Of a stretch of DNA of 64,000 nt, positions 25,913 through 40,600 are shown piece after piece. A program made the translations under genes and the position numbers. This DNA comes from Takakia lepidozioides (taxonomy: Eukaryota; Plantae; Bryophyta). Position 1 is the stretch's first letter. Each line of letters opens with the position of its first letter. Location: NCBI GenBank assembly GCA_030704615.1, contig CM060731.1:91574001-91638000 (forward strand), read 5' to 3'. The notes below the pieces were generated by a model. The model was not told where the DNA came from. It ran no database searches and saw nothing but the letters and a program-made list of their open reading frames with translations.

Positions 25913-26339
25913 GGCTGTTCCACCAGGCCGGGAGGCAAATACCGGTCGTGTAACACTTCCGCATGTAAATTGAAGAGAAAATGAACGAGAGGTGGTTTAA
26001 GGGAGGCGGGAGGAGGAGGCGAGTCATACTGGGAGGGGAAGGGGGAGCAGAGATGTTAAGGGGCTGCGAGACAGTGCGAAAAGCCACAGAACGAGCTATG
26101 GCGGGAGATGGAGCTAAATATGGAGCAGGGGGAATTTTAGTGGAACCACTACATAGGAAGGTAAAGAACGAGAGAAAGGCGAAGAGATAGCGGAACCCTA
26201 CAGATTTAGTCATAGCTAAAAATTTAGCAGAAACTGGCGGTGGAAAGGCGGAGCTCCGTCTTCCCCCAATCCCCGGAGCGATTTCGCCGTGTGGGCCTCC
26301 TCAATGACACTCAACTACATTGGGGAGCTTGAGAGCATA

Positions 26340-26530
26340 CCCCACTTGAGTATACAATGTTCCAGCCTCTTATCTTCAACGGAAAGTGGTTCCAACCACA
26401 TGTTATGGGGCCCTCCGCAACACTAGTGGAAGACGAGTGTGGTTTGTTGCGCGTCAATGCTAGGCTCACGAGTGCTCATCGTCCCTCCGATGAGCCTTTT
26501 AGTTTGACAAACGAAGGCAAGCAACTCCAT
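26340..26530 (+). mobile_element. CACTA TnpD transposase C-terminal fragment (DUF4216-like)
   Basis: LIFNGKWFQ...VEDECGLLRVN...SDEPFSLTNEGKQL follows the FK.KWF / D..G...VN / DEPF...Q pattern. Confidence 0.7.
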
Positions 26531-27401
26531 CACCTAGGGAGTATCCTTGGAGCCATACTGGGGTGGATTCATGGCTTTGTAGGATTGAGATTTGTATCCA
26601 CTGCCGGGCCAAAAGCTTGCCAAAGCGTAAGTTCATAGTCGAGATTGAATCGATCCGGCCTGAAAACCTGAAAACACTGTCGAAGCCAAATACTAATGTT
26701 CCACACAATGTAACTAATGATGAAGTCATTCCCAACGAATGTTTCCAGCAGCTTTGAGCAACACAAGTTATCTACAAGAGTTGATTAAGAAAACAATGGA
26801 TGTGGGCATATTGAAGAAGGAGTCTCATTTCTTCCTAAAGACGGTTTTTCAAAGCTCGATGGCCTACTAGCGCCCCCACGGGAAGGGAGAGAGGGGGAGA
26901 GAGAGGGGGGGAGAGAGGGAGATGGACAAAGGGAGAGAGAGGGAGAGAGAAAGAGGGGCCAAAAAAAAAAAAATGGTGTGGGAAACCCCCCAGTGTCCTA
27001 TCCCCCGTTCCCACCCCCTTTCCCTGGCCTTTAAAGTAATGGGGGGTATTCACTACTCTCCCCCAGTTTGTGGTACTGTATTTTGCGGGGCCTTATACTT
27101 GTGAACACCACTCTAGGGTTACATCCAGGGACGCAACGCACTCGCCAGGCTGGCAGAGTGGGTTACGCTCCAGGAACGCACTCGCCAGGCTGTCAGCGTG
27201 CGTTACGCTCCTGGAACGCACTCCTCTTACCCCTCCCTTCTTTCCCTCCTCTTCTTTTCGACTTCTTCCCCCTTCCTTCTGATTTCTTTCTGGCATCTTT
27301 TCTGAAATCAAGTCATCTAAATGTCAAGACCACTTGAGACTGGACACCATGCTGGAAAGATGATAAAGATAAAGAGGGGGGGACCAAAAATTCTTTACGT
27401 A

Positions 27402-27525
27402 GGGTAAAGCACCTGGGCGAGGTGGTTCCCAGGTTTTCGCCCCTGTAAACTCCGGCGGTTTAGCCAGGTAGCCCGAGTTTACAGGGGCGAAAACCTGGGA
27501 ACCACCTCGCCCAGGTGCTTTACCC
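27402..27525. mobile_element. 124-bp foldback MITE with 51-bp perfect inverted arms, flanked by TA
   Basis: 27402-27452 is the exact reverse complement of 27475-27525; 22-nt loop; TA at 27400-27401 and 27526-27527. Confidence 0.9.
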
Positions 27526-28686
27526 TATACTTACAGATAACTTTGATACATCCCAGTGTTGTTAAAAACTCCAGGGTGAGAAATTTTTGCATCACATCAA
27601 GAAAATGTGATAAACATGATGCACGGTCAATCCATCTACTAAAATTAGAATTTATGTCCGATACATACTACTGATGGCGACATGCCTGAATTCACATGAT
27701 GATTTTCTTGTGAAGAGTTAACCAGAATGGGCCTACGTGGGTAGAATCTACTGCCTGGCCAATTCTCCTTTTCTCAATCCTCTTTGCTGCATTGTAAACT
27801 TCTCTCTCATATTGCCAAAACTGTTTGTCATCATGGTGCATAAAGCCTCCTTGGGGTAAAACATTTTCTTTCTTTATCACCACCTTCTACCGAGGAATGC
27901 TCCCAATCTTACCTGCACAGTGATACAGGAAGTGGAGAGAAGACTCGGTAGCCATAGTCCATGTGGTGGGCTTCTCTCCCCAGGCAGTCAATTCGCATAG
28001 CAACAGGGTTTTATTCAACCACTTTAATCCCAACCTACTCTTCTGAAGCCTTGTTCCCCTCTCTGCTGGAAGGTTCTGATGTGACTCTCACCATCAACGA
28101 GTTTCAAACGGTGGCCAAATATCTTGCTCCATCAAACCTTCACCAGTTCTTCCCCCAACCACCATCTCATCTTCAATCTTGCAGCAAGGTCCAGAGTTGA
28201 TACTTCACGGGCAGATTATGTCTTCTTAGCCTTGACAAATGAGCCTCTCCTTCATTATGTGCAACCTTTGTCAACAACCATGAGGACCAGAGAGGCCAAT
28301 GCGACCTGCAAACACTTGCCTGCTAACCGGAGGAAAGTTATCCACACACCACTGTATATTTTTTATGAGCATAACAAACACCTGTCAGCCATAATTGCAC
28401 AGCAGCTTGTGTGGAATTCTGTGCAAAAAGAACCCATCGAGTTGGTGAAAGGAGGCCTGATTGGGTTTAGGGTTTAAGACTTTGGGAAGCTTGAGCTGAC
28501 TTACAGTAGGTGAAAAGATTTCCACTCTTCAATCCACCATTTCCATGCTTATCCAGGCATGGCTAACTTGTTTCTCACTTAGGCAGGGCATTTACACTGG
28601 GTACATGAACAACCGAGTGGAGGAGCCGGCCAGCACCAAGATAGGTCTTAACCTCACACAAGGCTACATCCCTATAAGTGACATCA

Positions 28687-31600
28687 TCACAATTTAGGGG
28701 ATCCTCGCTTCCCACGCACAACCTTCTCAATTACTTGGGAAAGGTTCTGCCAGTTTATTGGCTTTGTCAAGTAGCCATCCAAACCCATGGTTTCAAGGCT
28801 CTCCCTCCCCTTGGTTAAGACATCAGCTGTCAATGCGTAGATAGGTACCCCTGATGCACGTCCACCCAGTGCACGAATTGCTTTGGTTGCACTCAACCCA
28901 TCAAGAACTGGCATTTGCAAGTCCATCAAGATCATGTCATACTGCCTGGTTTGTATTGCCTCCACTGCCAGTTGTCCATTTGCAACCAGCTCAACCTGCA
29001 TGTGCAGTAACCCAATGTAACCAACCTTTGATGAAAACCAGACAGAGCCAGAGCGATGGTAGACGAAAGAAACAAAAACAGAAGACAGAAAACATATGTA
29101 TATGAGGAGTGTTGATGTCTGAAAACATGTTGGCAAGAGCATATCATTATACAGAGCATGCCTAGACGGTGGGGGCAGATGGAGGTAGGAGGGGAGATAG
29201 GGACTTGTAGATGGCACATATGAATGTCCATATGCACATGATGTTCCATGTTGGGACATGGTGTTAAGGCATGCGAGTGAATGTTCATTACCTCATGGCC
29301 ATAATGCTTCAGCATCTTCCTAATGAGTAGCTGGTTAACCTTGTTGTCCTCAGCGACGAGCACCTGCAGTGAGCTTCCTTTTATCTTCCATGGATTTGAT
29401 CTTTGTGGTGAAGGGGCTTCAGATTCCGGCAGATAATTCAATGGATTCAAAGCTACATGTAGAGGCACACACAATGCAAATGTACTCCCCTGCCCAGGAG
29501 TACTTTCCACCCAAATAGCCCCCCTCATTGCCTCCACCAAACCTTTACAGATTGCCAGTCCCAAACCCGTGCCACCAAACTTCCTTGTAGTGCTACTGTC
29601 GGCCTGAGAGAAGGACTGGAAGAGCCTGCTCTGTTGCTCTTTGCTGAGGCCGATCCCAGTATCTGCAACTCTAACCTCAAACCACAGTCGTGTATCAGGA
29701 GCCTCCAAATCATTACTTATGTCAACAATGTCATCATCCATAGTGAGACAAACCTCCCCATCCTCACCATTCTTCACAAAATGGCCACTGTCTTGAGTGT
29801 GACCAATGTGACCCTCTTCACCACTCCTTTCCAAAAGGTCCTCATCCATGACCAGTCGCAACTTGTCCTCAGCAGTGGGGACCCTGGAAGAATCTTGGTT
29901 GACTATGACTTGGTTGTAAGCATCTAAGTCTGATTTGGGATTCAACGTTTGTCGCTTGTTGCCAACTGTTTGTACCTGAAAACCCAAGTGAAGGGGATGA
30001 GAGAGGGGACCAGGATGTGAGGAAAACTGAATGGGAACCATCGTGGAAGGCTTGATCCAGGAATAGATTCTCTAGCTGAAAAAAATGTGCAAATGTGGTT
30101 GTACTACCAATTCACTGCAAACAAAAATATGCACCCAGAACAAGAGAGAGACTTGTAGGTTGCGACTGTACCTCCATGTCTTTTGCTTGACTGGGTTCTA
30201 AAACTTCCCCTTCCTCTGCAGGGGCTGGTGGGCCTGTTAAACCCAGCGTCCGCTGCCAGGAGATGGCAATGCCCCCATTCTCCGTAAACTTGATGGCATT
30301 GCTCACAAGGTTGGTAAGTACCTGTAACCCAATCCAGAATAAGGGCACTAAGCATTCTTCATGATGTGGATATCCACTACAGCTAATTGAGTATTCAATT
30401 GGATCACTTTTCTCTTTTTCATTACCAGATACCTCCAGGACACCCCCCCCAAAAAACCTCGCTCCCAGACAAAACTGGCACAAGCCTTTACTAGACTTAA
30501 AGTTAGTTAAAAGCAGTACAACCCAAGTACCCCTGTATAGTTTAATCCAAAACCCATCCCCAATCTCTCTGCTCAAATGTATTATCAACTTGCAGACAAA
30601 TTCTATACATGTTTCCAGTCTGTGACATGGGTGAGGCCATCATGGATGACCTCAAGGGTTTACCCAACTCTTGGCACTAGGCTGAATTTTAAACTCGGGG
30701 CGGGAAGGCTACCTTTGAACAGCAAACAGATAAAGAGAGGAAAGGGGGATTGCAAATGCCTGCTGTATGGGCAACCTGAAGACAACATCCACTTTCTGAT
30801 TCATTGTCCTGGGTACTCTCACCAGAGAGACGCCCTCTTCAAATCCATCAAGGGATTTGTTCCTGTACCTCTGTTTACCAACTTTGAAAATCTTGAGGCT
30901 GAGCCAAAAGCCCAGGCCCTTTTGGGGCCTAGTTATTGGGCAAATCACACACAGCAGATTGATGCTTGTGTAAAGGGGTTTCTAGAGGATATCTAGAAAA
31001 CTCGAATCAATTCTGTTCCAAGGTAAGTCATACTACCAGCATCAGCCCCTGACAAAGGTAGTCCTTTGGGTTCTGCTCAAACTGGGCGTGGGGTCAATGG
31101 CCAGGGCAAACAAATACTTGTGAGTACATTCTATACATGAAGCGGTCTGATAGTCAATATCTTATCGTATACGATATTGACAGAAAAAGGTCAGAGGAGG
31201 TGCATGCCTGTCGGAGCCGATTAGGGTCCCCTCGCACCCCCATCTCATTATCAGTAGGCTTTGTCACAGTCAGGCTTAACTTCCTCTCCGCCAATCGGCC
31301 CTGAAATAGTGCTGATACCTGCCCATTCAGTCCCCATGTAAACTGTCAGGAGGATAAACCGAAACACCAGATAAATCCATGCTGCACGGACAGATTGTAC
31401 TCATAAGATGTTGTTTGCCGTAGCCTTGTGGCCATTGACCCCGCGCCCAGTTTGAGCGGGAACAAAAGGGACAGAACCTACCTCTGTCAGGGGCTGACAT
31501 TGGTAGTAAGACTTACCTCCATATAAAGAATTAATCCGGATTTCCCAGATATCCTCTAGAAATCCCTTCACACAAGCATCAATCTGCTGTGTGTGATTTG

Positions 31601-34600
31601 CCCAAAAACTAGGCCTCAGGAGGGCCTGGGCTTTTGGCTCAGCCTCGAGACTTTCAAAGTTGGTAAACAGGGCTACAGGCACAATTCCCTTAATAGATTT
31701 GAAGAGAGCGTCTCTTTGGTGAGAGAACCCCGGACAGTGTATCAGAAAGTGAATACTGTCTTCAGATCGCCCACACAACGGGCAATTGCACTCTCCCTTT
31801 CCTCTCTGCTTCTGTTTGCTGTTCAAAGGTAGGCTTCCTGCCCTGAGTTTAAATTTCAGTCTAGTGCTGAGAGTGGGTAGACCCTTGAGGTCATCCAAGA
31901 TGTCCTCCCCATGTCACAGACTGGAAACAAGTTCAGGGAAGTTTTCTGCCTAACTTCATTTTCATCAGACAATCTCATGGCAACTGACATGGCTGAGGAC
32001 ACTACAGCCTCTAAGTCAGATTTATCCAGCAGGGTCAAGACTTGCGGATCCAGGTCCAGGTCCTTGAGGATCTCTTCTACTCTCTTCTGCCAGGACTTAG
32101 CCTGTTTGACAGGGCGGTCCTGTTTCCAAGATATAGAGTCGATTAACTTAGGATATCTGGTGTTGGGCATATGTTGCAGCTGACCCCACCATCTGACCTT
32201 GAATTCATCTCGTCGGGAGCTTAAGGACGGACTCACCCCGAACAGCCACATTGGCTGTTTTGGAGCATGCTGACATACTCTCCTTAAGCACCCCCACTTG
32301 AATGGATTCTAGAGACTTAGCCTGGTTGGAGTTATCAACCCATATAGCAGATCCGTACTCCAAGGCAGGTCTAATAACGCGACAAAGCATGGTTTTCTTA
32401 ACCTCAGAGTTGACCCCTCTGCAGTGGAAAAATTTAGTGAGCCCCAGAGCTTTGCCCTTGCCAGTTTGAACAACTTTCCGGATATGTGCATCCCAACTAC
32501 AATTGGAGGAGAACTCAACGCCCAGGTAAGTGTAGGAAGGGAGGACCGGGATCTCTTGGCTACCCCACTGCCACTTAAGATCACTTCCTCCCTCTCCTCT
32601 GTCGTTGAATGCTACCACTGCACATTTGCTGACATTAGCCTCTAGCCCCCAAAGATCAAAGTATCTCTTCGCGCAATCAATCAACTCCTGGAGATTGGTT
32701 GGAGTCTCCCCTATGCCTGCGAAGTCATCCGCAAACATAAGGGCTGGTATGGTGGTATCACCCACCCTTAACCCAAATCCCTCACTTTCCACATCCTCGA
32801 GGAGTTGATTGATGAAAACATTGAAGAGCAGAGGGGAGAGAGTACATCCTTGAGCTACACCTTGGTCTATGTCAAAGAAGTTGGACTTCTGTCCGTTAAC
32901 AGTGACACAGCTTTTGGTGTGAGCATACAAGTTGTGGACAACTCTCCACATCTTTCCCTTGATCCCACAAGACCAGAGGCGGAACCATAGGCCATCTCTC
33001 CACACTGTGTCATAAGCCTTTTTGACATCCAGGAAAAAGACATAAGTGGGTTTCCCTTCTTTTTTCCTTCCCTGGATAATCTGGCTTAGAGTGAAGATAT
33101 GATCCACACAGCCCCTGTTTCGCCGAAAGCCAGCTTGGCCTTCGTGGAAACAACCTCTAGACTCCAGATCAACCTCGAGACGAGTACTTATAACTCTGCA
33201 GAATGTCTTGCCAACAGCATTGAGGAGCGTGATGCCACGGTAGTTCCCCGGTTCTTCTCTGTCACCCTTCTTGTATAGATTGACAATGACCCCCTGTCGC
33301 CAGCGAAAGGGGATCATTTCAGTCTTCCAGATAAGGTTAAAGGCCTCTATCATGGGATCGCCACCGTGCTTGATAAGCTCGTTGACAATACCATCAGGTC
33401 CACCAGCTTTATATCCATTTAAATGTTCAATTGCTTCCACAATCTCAGAAGAACTAATGGGAGCATTATAAGCCATTGAAATATACTCCAGTTCATCAGG
33501 GCTGTTTTGAATCATAGGAACAGGTTTTCCAACTGTGTCCCTCCATTCAGCAGAAGACCCCTCACTGTTAGACCTAGAAGTTCTGCCAAGGATACTGTAG
33601 TGAGTTTCAAAGGTTTTGACAATGTCAACCGATGAAGTCACCACTGCACCTTTAGTAGTCTTCAGCGCTTGTACTTGCTGACTGTTTTTCGGTTTGTACA
33701 AACGTTGAAGGGCCAACCAGAATTTCTTGTCATTACCACCATGGTGGTTTGAGTTTATTTCACTGTATAACTTGTCCCAGTATAATTTCTTCTGAGACCT
33801 AACAAGCTGATTGATATCTTTACGGAGCTGGTAGTACCTCGCCCACAATTCTCTGTTGGTTTCCAAATTGCAGCACTCTTTTTAGAGGGCTCGTCTCTCA
33901 GCTATCTTGAGTTTAATCTCATTAGTCCACCAATTAACTGCTCTACCGCAGACAATTAGTTTCCTCCCAATGATCTTGTCAGCCACGGAGGAAACGAAAC
34001 TCTCCCAAGAGTCCACTGCTCTTTCGACTTCATTTCTTGCGTTAACAGAGCGTGACTGAAGTTCTTGGAGCGATTGGACAAAATGAGGGAGAGCCTCTTG
34101 CAAGGCCTGGACGTACTCAGCCTTGACCTCCTCATTGTGGAATTTTTCTATGTGCCACTTCCGAATCGAACGTTTCACAGATCTCTTGGTGGTGGGAAAA
34201 CACCTTTTGATCTCAGTCCAAACCAGGAAGTGGTCAGAGGTACCAATATCAGTTCTGTCGATCAACACATTGGCACACTGGGGGAACAAAATTTTGTCCA
34301 TTATGATATAGTCCACAATGGAACGTTCCCCAGTTTGGGATTTCTCACGAGTCCACTGCACTTGGTCACCTCTTGTCCTGTTATTCAAGGTCAAAAGCTG
34401 AAGCTCTTCTAGACAGTTAATTAACCGTCTGCCATTAGAATTCAGCTCGTCCTCACCAAAAGGTCCAATGATATCGTCCTGATGGATCCCTTTGCCCACC
34501 CGGGCATTGAAGTCCCCCAATAGTACCACCTGACCTTTGGCAAGGAACGAAGCACAGTCCAGCTTTACATCTTCGAAGGCCTTGTCTGCGTCAGCACTAA

Positions 34601-37600
34601 GGGTCCCCTCTGTGGGCATGTAAACACAACCAACAAAGAGGTCCTTTGTACTCATGCCGCCCTTCAAATTCAGTTTTAGCCAGATACTATGCTCGTACCT
34701 CAAACCCTTGTTGATAATTTCACAATTGTCAAACAAGAAATCACGGACAAAGAATCCGACCCCTTTTTGACCGCGTTTGGCAGAGGCTGCCTTGAGAGTA
34801 CACATCTTACCTGCCCATTTATAACCAATGACATCTCCAACCAGTTTATCGGACGTTTCCCATGTTTCTTGCCCAGCACAGATATGAATATCATTAGTCC
34901 GAAGAACTTGTCCCACTTCAAGTTGTTTCCTTTGGTTGGTCAACCCTGAGAAGTTGAAAGTGGCAAGCCGCAAGCCAGCCCTTTGCGTGTGAATTGTTTG
35001 TTGTCTAGGTAGCTTGTGATTGCTCCTGGACGGCCAACCGTTCTGCAAAGGGGGGACAGTTACCCCATGTGTAGATTTTGCTCGTCTTGTGTAAACTTTG
35101 AGAATTGGTAAGCCATTCAGGGTACCAAATCTTTCAGTTACACGACGCACAGGCTCCGCACACAGGGGCAGATTGTCCGTCAGACTGCTTGGGGACAATT
35201 ACCCCGTGTATAGATTTTGCTCCTCTTGTGTAGACTTTGAGGATTGGTAAACCATTTAGAGTACCAAATCCTTCAGTTACACGACGTTCAGGCTCTGCAC
35301 ACTATTGTCCATCTGACGGCTTGGGGACAATTACCCCGTGTATGGAATTTGTTCGTCTTGTGTAAACCTTGAGGATTGGTAAACCATTCAGAGTACCAAA
35401 TCCTTCAGATTCAGGACGTTCAGGTTCCGTACACTTAGGGGCATCTTGTCCTTGTGGCTGTTTGGATTCAACCTCATCCAGAGCATCAAACCGATTAGAA
35501 ACTCTCAAGTTGAAGTTGTTGCCCTTGGTTGTCTTCCTAGAGCGCCCCATTGAATCACCAATGTCTAAGACCGCTCTCCAGCCAGTCAAGGGACGAACTT
35601 CTTTAAGATTGAATTGATGCGGGAGTCTATTAGAAGCACTTTTGGTCATTGCAACCTTCAACGTACCCCTGTTATCAAGTCTCGAGATGGTACCATTAGC
35701 CATGAAATCCAAGCCTAAGCTAGAGCATGTAGTTTTAAAGGACAGAGAGAGAAAGAGGGGGGATAGAGAAGAGGTTTGTGCGATTGAGACAGACAGGAAG
35801 ACAGAGAACAAAAGTAAGAGAAATGAAATGAAATGAAATGGTACTTTATAACGTACCATTTCAGAAAGATAGAAAACATCTATAGCATTCAGAGGGTGTC
35901 CTAGGACATATAGGACTTGACAGGAAAAACAAACAGGAACCTGCTCCAGAAGCTCGCCAATATGGAAGTCCACCACCTCCAAGGCCAGGTGGCCAGACTG
36001 TATTTTGGAAAAATCAAGGATTTCATTCAACACTTGCATAAGGCCCTCAGCAGAGCCTTGCATGACGCGCACAAAGCCTGTTTGCTCTGGTGTCAGTGAC
36101 GTCAATCGCAGTAAGTCCAGCATCCCTAGCACACCTGCAACACAGGAAAACATGCAGACAATGGTTGAGCTGACTTTAGCATGTCTTTGATCACCAATCG
36201 CCCTTTAATTAAATTTACTTGGTACACCGAGACTGAAAACGTCTTAACTTGTCATACAAAACAGCAGTTCCTCACACCACCCGCTCACAGACCTAGGTGA
36301 ACTCACTTCAAGTACCACATGTTACCTTACATACTACGCTCAAAACTGTAACAATGCCCAGCAAACAAGGTGGAGAAAAATGAACACTGCATACGACAAG
36401 CATTAGTACCAGTCATAGGAGTCCTTAGCTCGTGGCTCATCATGGCCAGAAACTGGGACTTTGCCATACCAGCTGCTTCCACAGCATCGTGTACGTCACG
36501 CTCTGCCGTAATATCATCAAACAACCACACGCGACCATGTGTTGCAATATTACTGATGGGGTATGAATGAACACGGAGAACACAGCGTGGGTCCGTGAGA
36601 TCCCACACCCACTGCCTTTCTTCATCAGGGTTGCTGGCCAGTGCGTTAAAACATCTGCCAAAAGAAGAGAGAGTTAGACAACGACACAGAACTGTGTGTG
36701 TCACAGATGTAGTTGGGGGATCCCTAAGATCCACTCCATCAAGTAACCGTAGCACCCCTCTCTAAGGCAGACATTTCCCTCTCGGCCTCTCATGGCTGTG
36801 CTATACTTAGCTCTTTCAGAAACTCTCTCCCACTGGCCCCCTCTGTGGATGTTATGAAGTCTCTCTCTTTCTTCCGCGGAGATTATAAAGTGTGATTTCA
36901 CTTCTTTCTTTCTTTCTCTCTCTCTCTCTCTGATACTCTCTTTCTCCCTGTCCTCTAGGATTTCTCCCTGTCCTCTAGGAAGCCTATTGACATTGGGTGG
37001 ACTTGAAACGGGAGTACATTAATGTCTCTGTGACTAAATCCCGGCCTTGTGACCTCGTGTCCTTGTTTGTTTCGACCTGAAGCGCTTTGCTTCAGGTAAG
37101 GTAGTGCATTGGATTTAGTTGGAAAGCTTGGGGCCTTTCCCTCTTTAGAATATGCCTACACGGGCCATTCCCTGCAACTCCCTGGAGTGTGATCTCTGAA
37201 TGGTAACAAGCGGACTCCTACCGCTTGGGGGCAGCCCCTCCGCCCAAATTGGGCGGTCGTATGCTCTGTCTAGCATACTCGGCACTTGGGCTCGGGTTGG
37301 TTCCTGTGCTTAAACTTATGGCCTGCGAAAAAAATAAAAAATTTAGCTCCTATCAACATCAACACTCCTCAGGGTGATCCCTGGGAATTGGTTACTTATG
37401 CCAAATCTAGGGCTTCATGTGTAGTTTTTGGGGTGAATCCCAGGATGGACGATGTGTCCTTTAAAACTACATGCTCTAGCTTAGGCTTGGATTTCATGGC
37501 TAATGGTACCATCTCGAGACTTGATAACAGGGGTACGTTGAAGGTTGCAATGACCAAAAGTGCTTCTAATAGACTCCCGCATCAATTCAATCTTAAAGAA

Positions 37601-40600
37601 GTTCGTCCCTTGACTGGCTGGAGAGCGGTCTTAGACATTGGTGATTCAATGGGGCGCTCTAGGAAGACAACCAAGGGCAACAACTTCAACTTGAGAGTTT
37701 CTAATCGGTTTGATGCTCTGGATGAGGTTGAATCCAAACAGCCACAAGGACAAGATGCCCCTAAGTGTACGGAACCTGAACGTCCTGAATCTGAAGGATT
37801 TGGTACTCTGAATGGTTTACCAATCCTCAAGGTTTACACAAGACGAACAAATTCCATACACGGGGTAATTGTCCCCAAGCCCGTCAGATGGACAATCTGT
37901 CCCTAAGTGTGCAGAGCCTGAACGTCGTGTAACTGAAGGATTTGGTACTCTAAATGGTTTACCAATCCTCAAAGTCTACACAAGAGGAGCAAAATCTATA
38001 CACGGGGTAATTGTCCCCAAGCAGTCTGACGGACAATCTGCCCCTATGTGTGCGGAGCCTGTGCGGAGCCTGTCCGTCGTGTAGCTGAAAGATTTGGTAC
38101 CCTGAATGGTTTACCAATTCTCAAAGTTTACACAAGACGAGCAAAATCTACACATGGGGTAACTGTCCCCCCTTTGCAGAACGGTTGGCCGTCCAGGAGC
38201 AATCACAAGCTACCTAGACAACAAACAATTCACACGCAAAGGGCTGGCCACTTTCAACTTCTCAGGGTTGACCAACCAAAGGAAACAACTTGAAGTGGGA
38301 CAAGTTCTTCGGACTAATGATATTCATATCTGTGCTGGGCAAGAAACATGGGAAACGTAGGATAAACTGGTTGGAGATGTCATTGGTTATAAATGGGCAG
38401 GTAAGATGTGTACTCTCAAGGCAGCCTCTGCCAAACGCGGACAAAAAGGGGTCGGATTCTTTGTCCGTGATTTCTTGTTTGACGATTGTGAAATTATCAA
38501 CAAGGGTTTGAGGAATTTGAAGGGCGGCATGAGTACAAAGGACCTCTTTGTTGGTTGTGTTTACATGCCCACAGAGGGGACCCTTAGTGCTGACGCAGAC
38601 AAGGCCTTCGAAGATGTAAAGCTGGACTGTGCTTCGTTCCTTGCCAAAGGTCAGGTGGTACTATTGGGGGACTTCAATGCCCGGGTGGGCAAAGGGATCC
38701 ATCAGGACGATATCATTGGACCTTTTGGTGAGGACGAGCTGAATTCTAATGGCAGACGGTTAATTAACTGTCTAGAAGAGCTTCAGCTTTTGACCTTGAA
38801 TAACAGGACAAGAGGTGACCAAGTGCAGTGGACTCGTGAGAAATCCCAAACTGGGGAACGTTCCATTGTGGACTATATCATAATGGACAAAATTTTGTTC
38901 CCCCAGTGTGCCAATGTGTTGATCGACAGAACTGATATTGGTACCTCTGACCACTTCCTGGTTTGGACTGAGATCAAAAGGTGTTTTCCCACCACCAAGA
39001 GATCTGTGAAACGTTCGATTCGGAAGTGGCACATAGAAAAATTCCACAATGAGGAGGTCAAGGCTGAGTACGTCCAGGCCTTGCAAGAGGCTCTCCCTCA
39101 TTTTGTCCAATCGCTCCAAGAACTTCAGTCACGCTCTGTTAACGCAAGAAATGAAGTCGAAAGAGCAGTGGACTCTTGGGAGAGTTTCGTTTCCTCCGTG
39201 GCTGACAAGATCATTGGGAGGAAACTAATTGTCTGCGGTAGAGCAGTTAATTGGTGGACTAATGAGATTAAACTCAAGATAGCTGAGAGACGAGCCCTCT
39301 AAAAAGAGTGCTGCAATTTGGAAACCAACAGAGAATTGTGGGCGAGGTACTACCAGCTCCGTAAAGATATCAATCAGCTTGTTAGGTCTCAGAAGAAATT
39401 ATACTGGGACAAGTTATACAGTGAAATAAACTCAAACCACCATGGTGGTAATGACAAGAAATTCTGGTTGGCCCTTCAACGTTTGTACAAACCGAAAAAC
39501 AGTCAGCAAGTACAAGCGCTGAAGACTACTAAAGGTGCAGTGGTGACTTCATCGGTTGACATTGTCAAAACCTTTGAAACTCACTACAGTATCCTTGGCA
39601 GAACTTCTAGGTCTAACAGTGAGGGGTCTTCTGCTGAATGGAGGGACACAGTTGGAAAACCTGTTCCTATGATTCAAAACAGCCCTGATGAACTGGAGTA
39701 TATTTCAATGGCTTATAATGCTCCCATTAGTTCTTCTGAGATTGTGGAAGCAATTGAACATTTAAATGGATATAAAGCTGGTGGACCTGATGGTATTGTC
39801 AACGAGCTTATCAAGCACGGTGGCGATCCCATGATAGAGGCCCTAGTTCTCCTCTTTAACCTTATCTGGAAGACTGAAATGATCCCCTTTCGCTGGCGAC
39901 AGGGGGTCATTGTCAATCTATACAAGAAGGGTGACAGAGAAGAACCGGGGAACTACCGTGGCATCACGCTCCTCAATGCTGTTGGCAAGACATTCTGCAG
40001 AGTTATAAGTACTCGTCTCGAGGTTGATCTGGAGTCTAGAGGTTGTTTCCACGAAGGCCAAGCTGGCTTTCGGCGAAACAGGGGCTGTGTGGATCATATC
40101 TTCACTCTAAGCCAGATTATCCAGGGAAGGAAAAAAGAAGGGAAACCCACTTATGTCTTTTTCCTGGATGTCAAAAAGGCTTATGACACAGTGTGGAGAG
40201 ATGGCCTATGGTTCCGCCTCTGGTCTTGTGGGATCAAGGGAAAGATGTGGAGAGTTGTCCACAACTTGTATGCTCACACCAAAAGCTGTGTCACTGTTAA
40301 CGGACAGAAGTCCAACTTCTTTGACATAGACCAAGGTGTAGCTCAAGGATGTACTCTCTCCCCTCTGCTCTTCAATGTTTTCATCAATCAACTCCTCGAG
40401 GATGTGGAAAGTGAGGGATTTGGGTTAAGGGTGGGTGATACCACCATACCAGCCCTTATGTTTGCGGATGACTTCGCAGGCATAGGGGAGACTCCAACCA
40501 ATCTCCAGGAGTTGATTGATTGCGCGAAGAGATACTTTGATCTTTGGGGGCTAGAGGCTAATGTCAGCAAATGTGCAGTGGTAGCATTCAACGACAGAGG

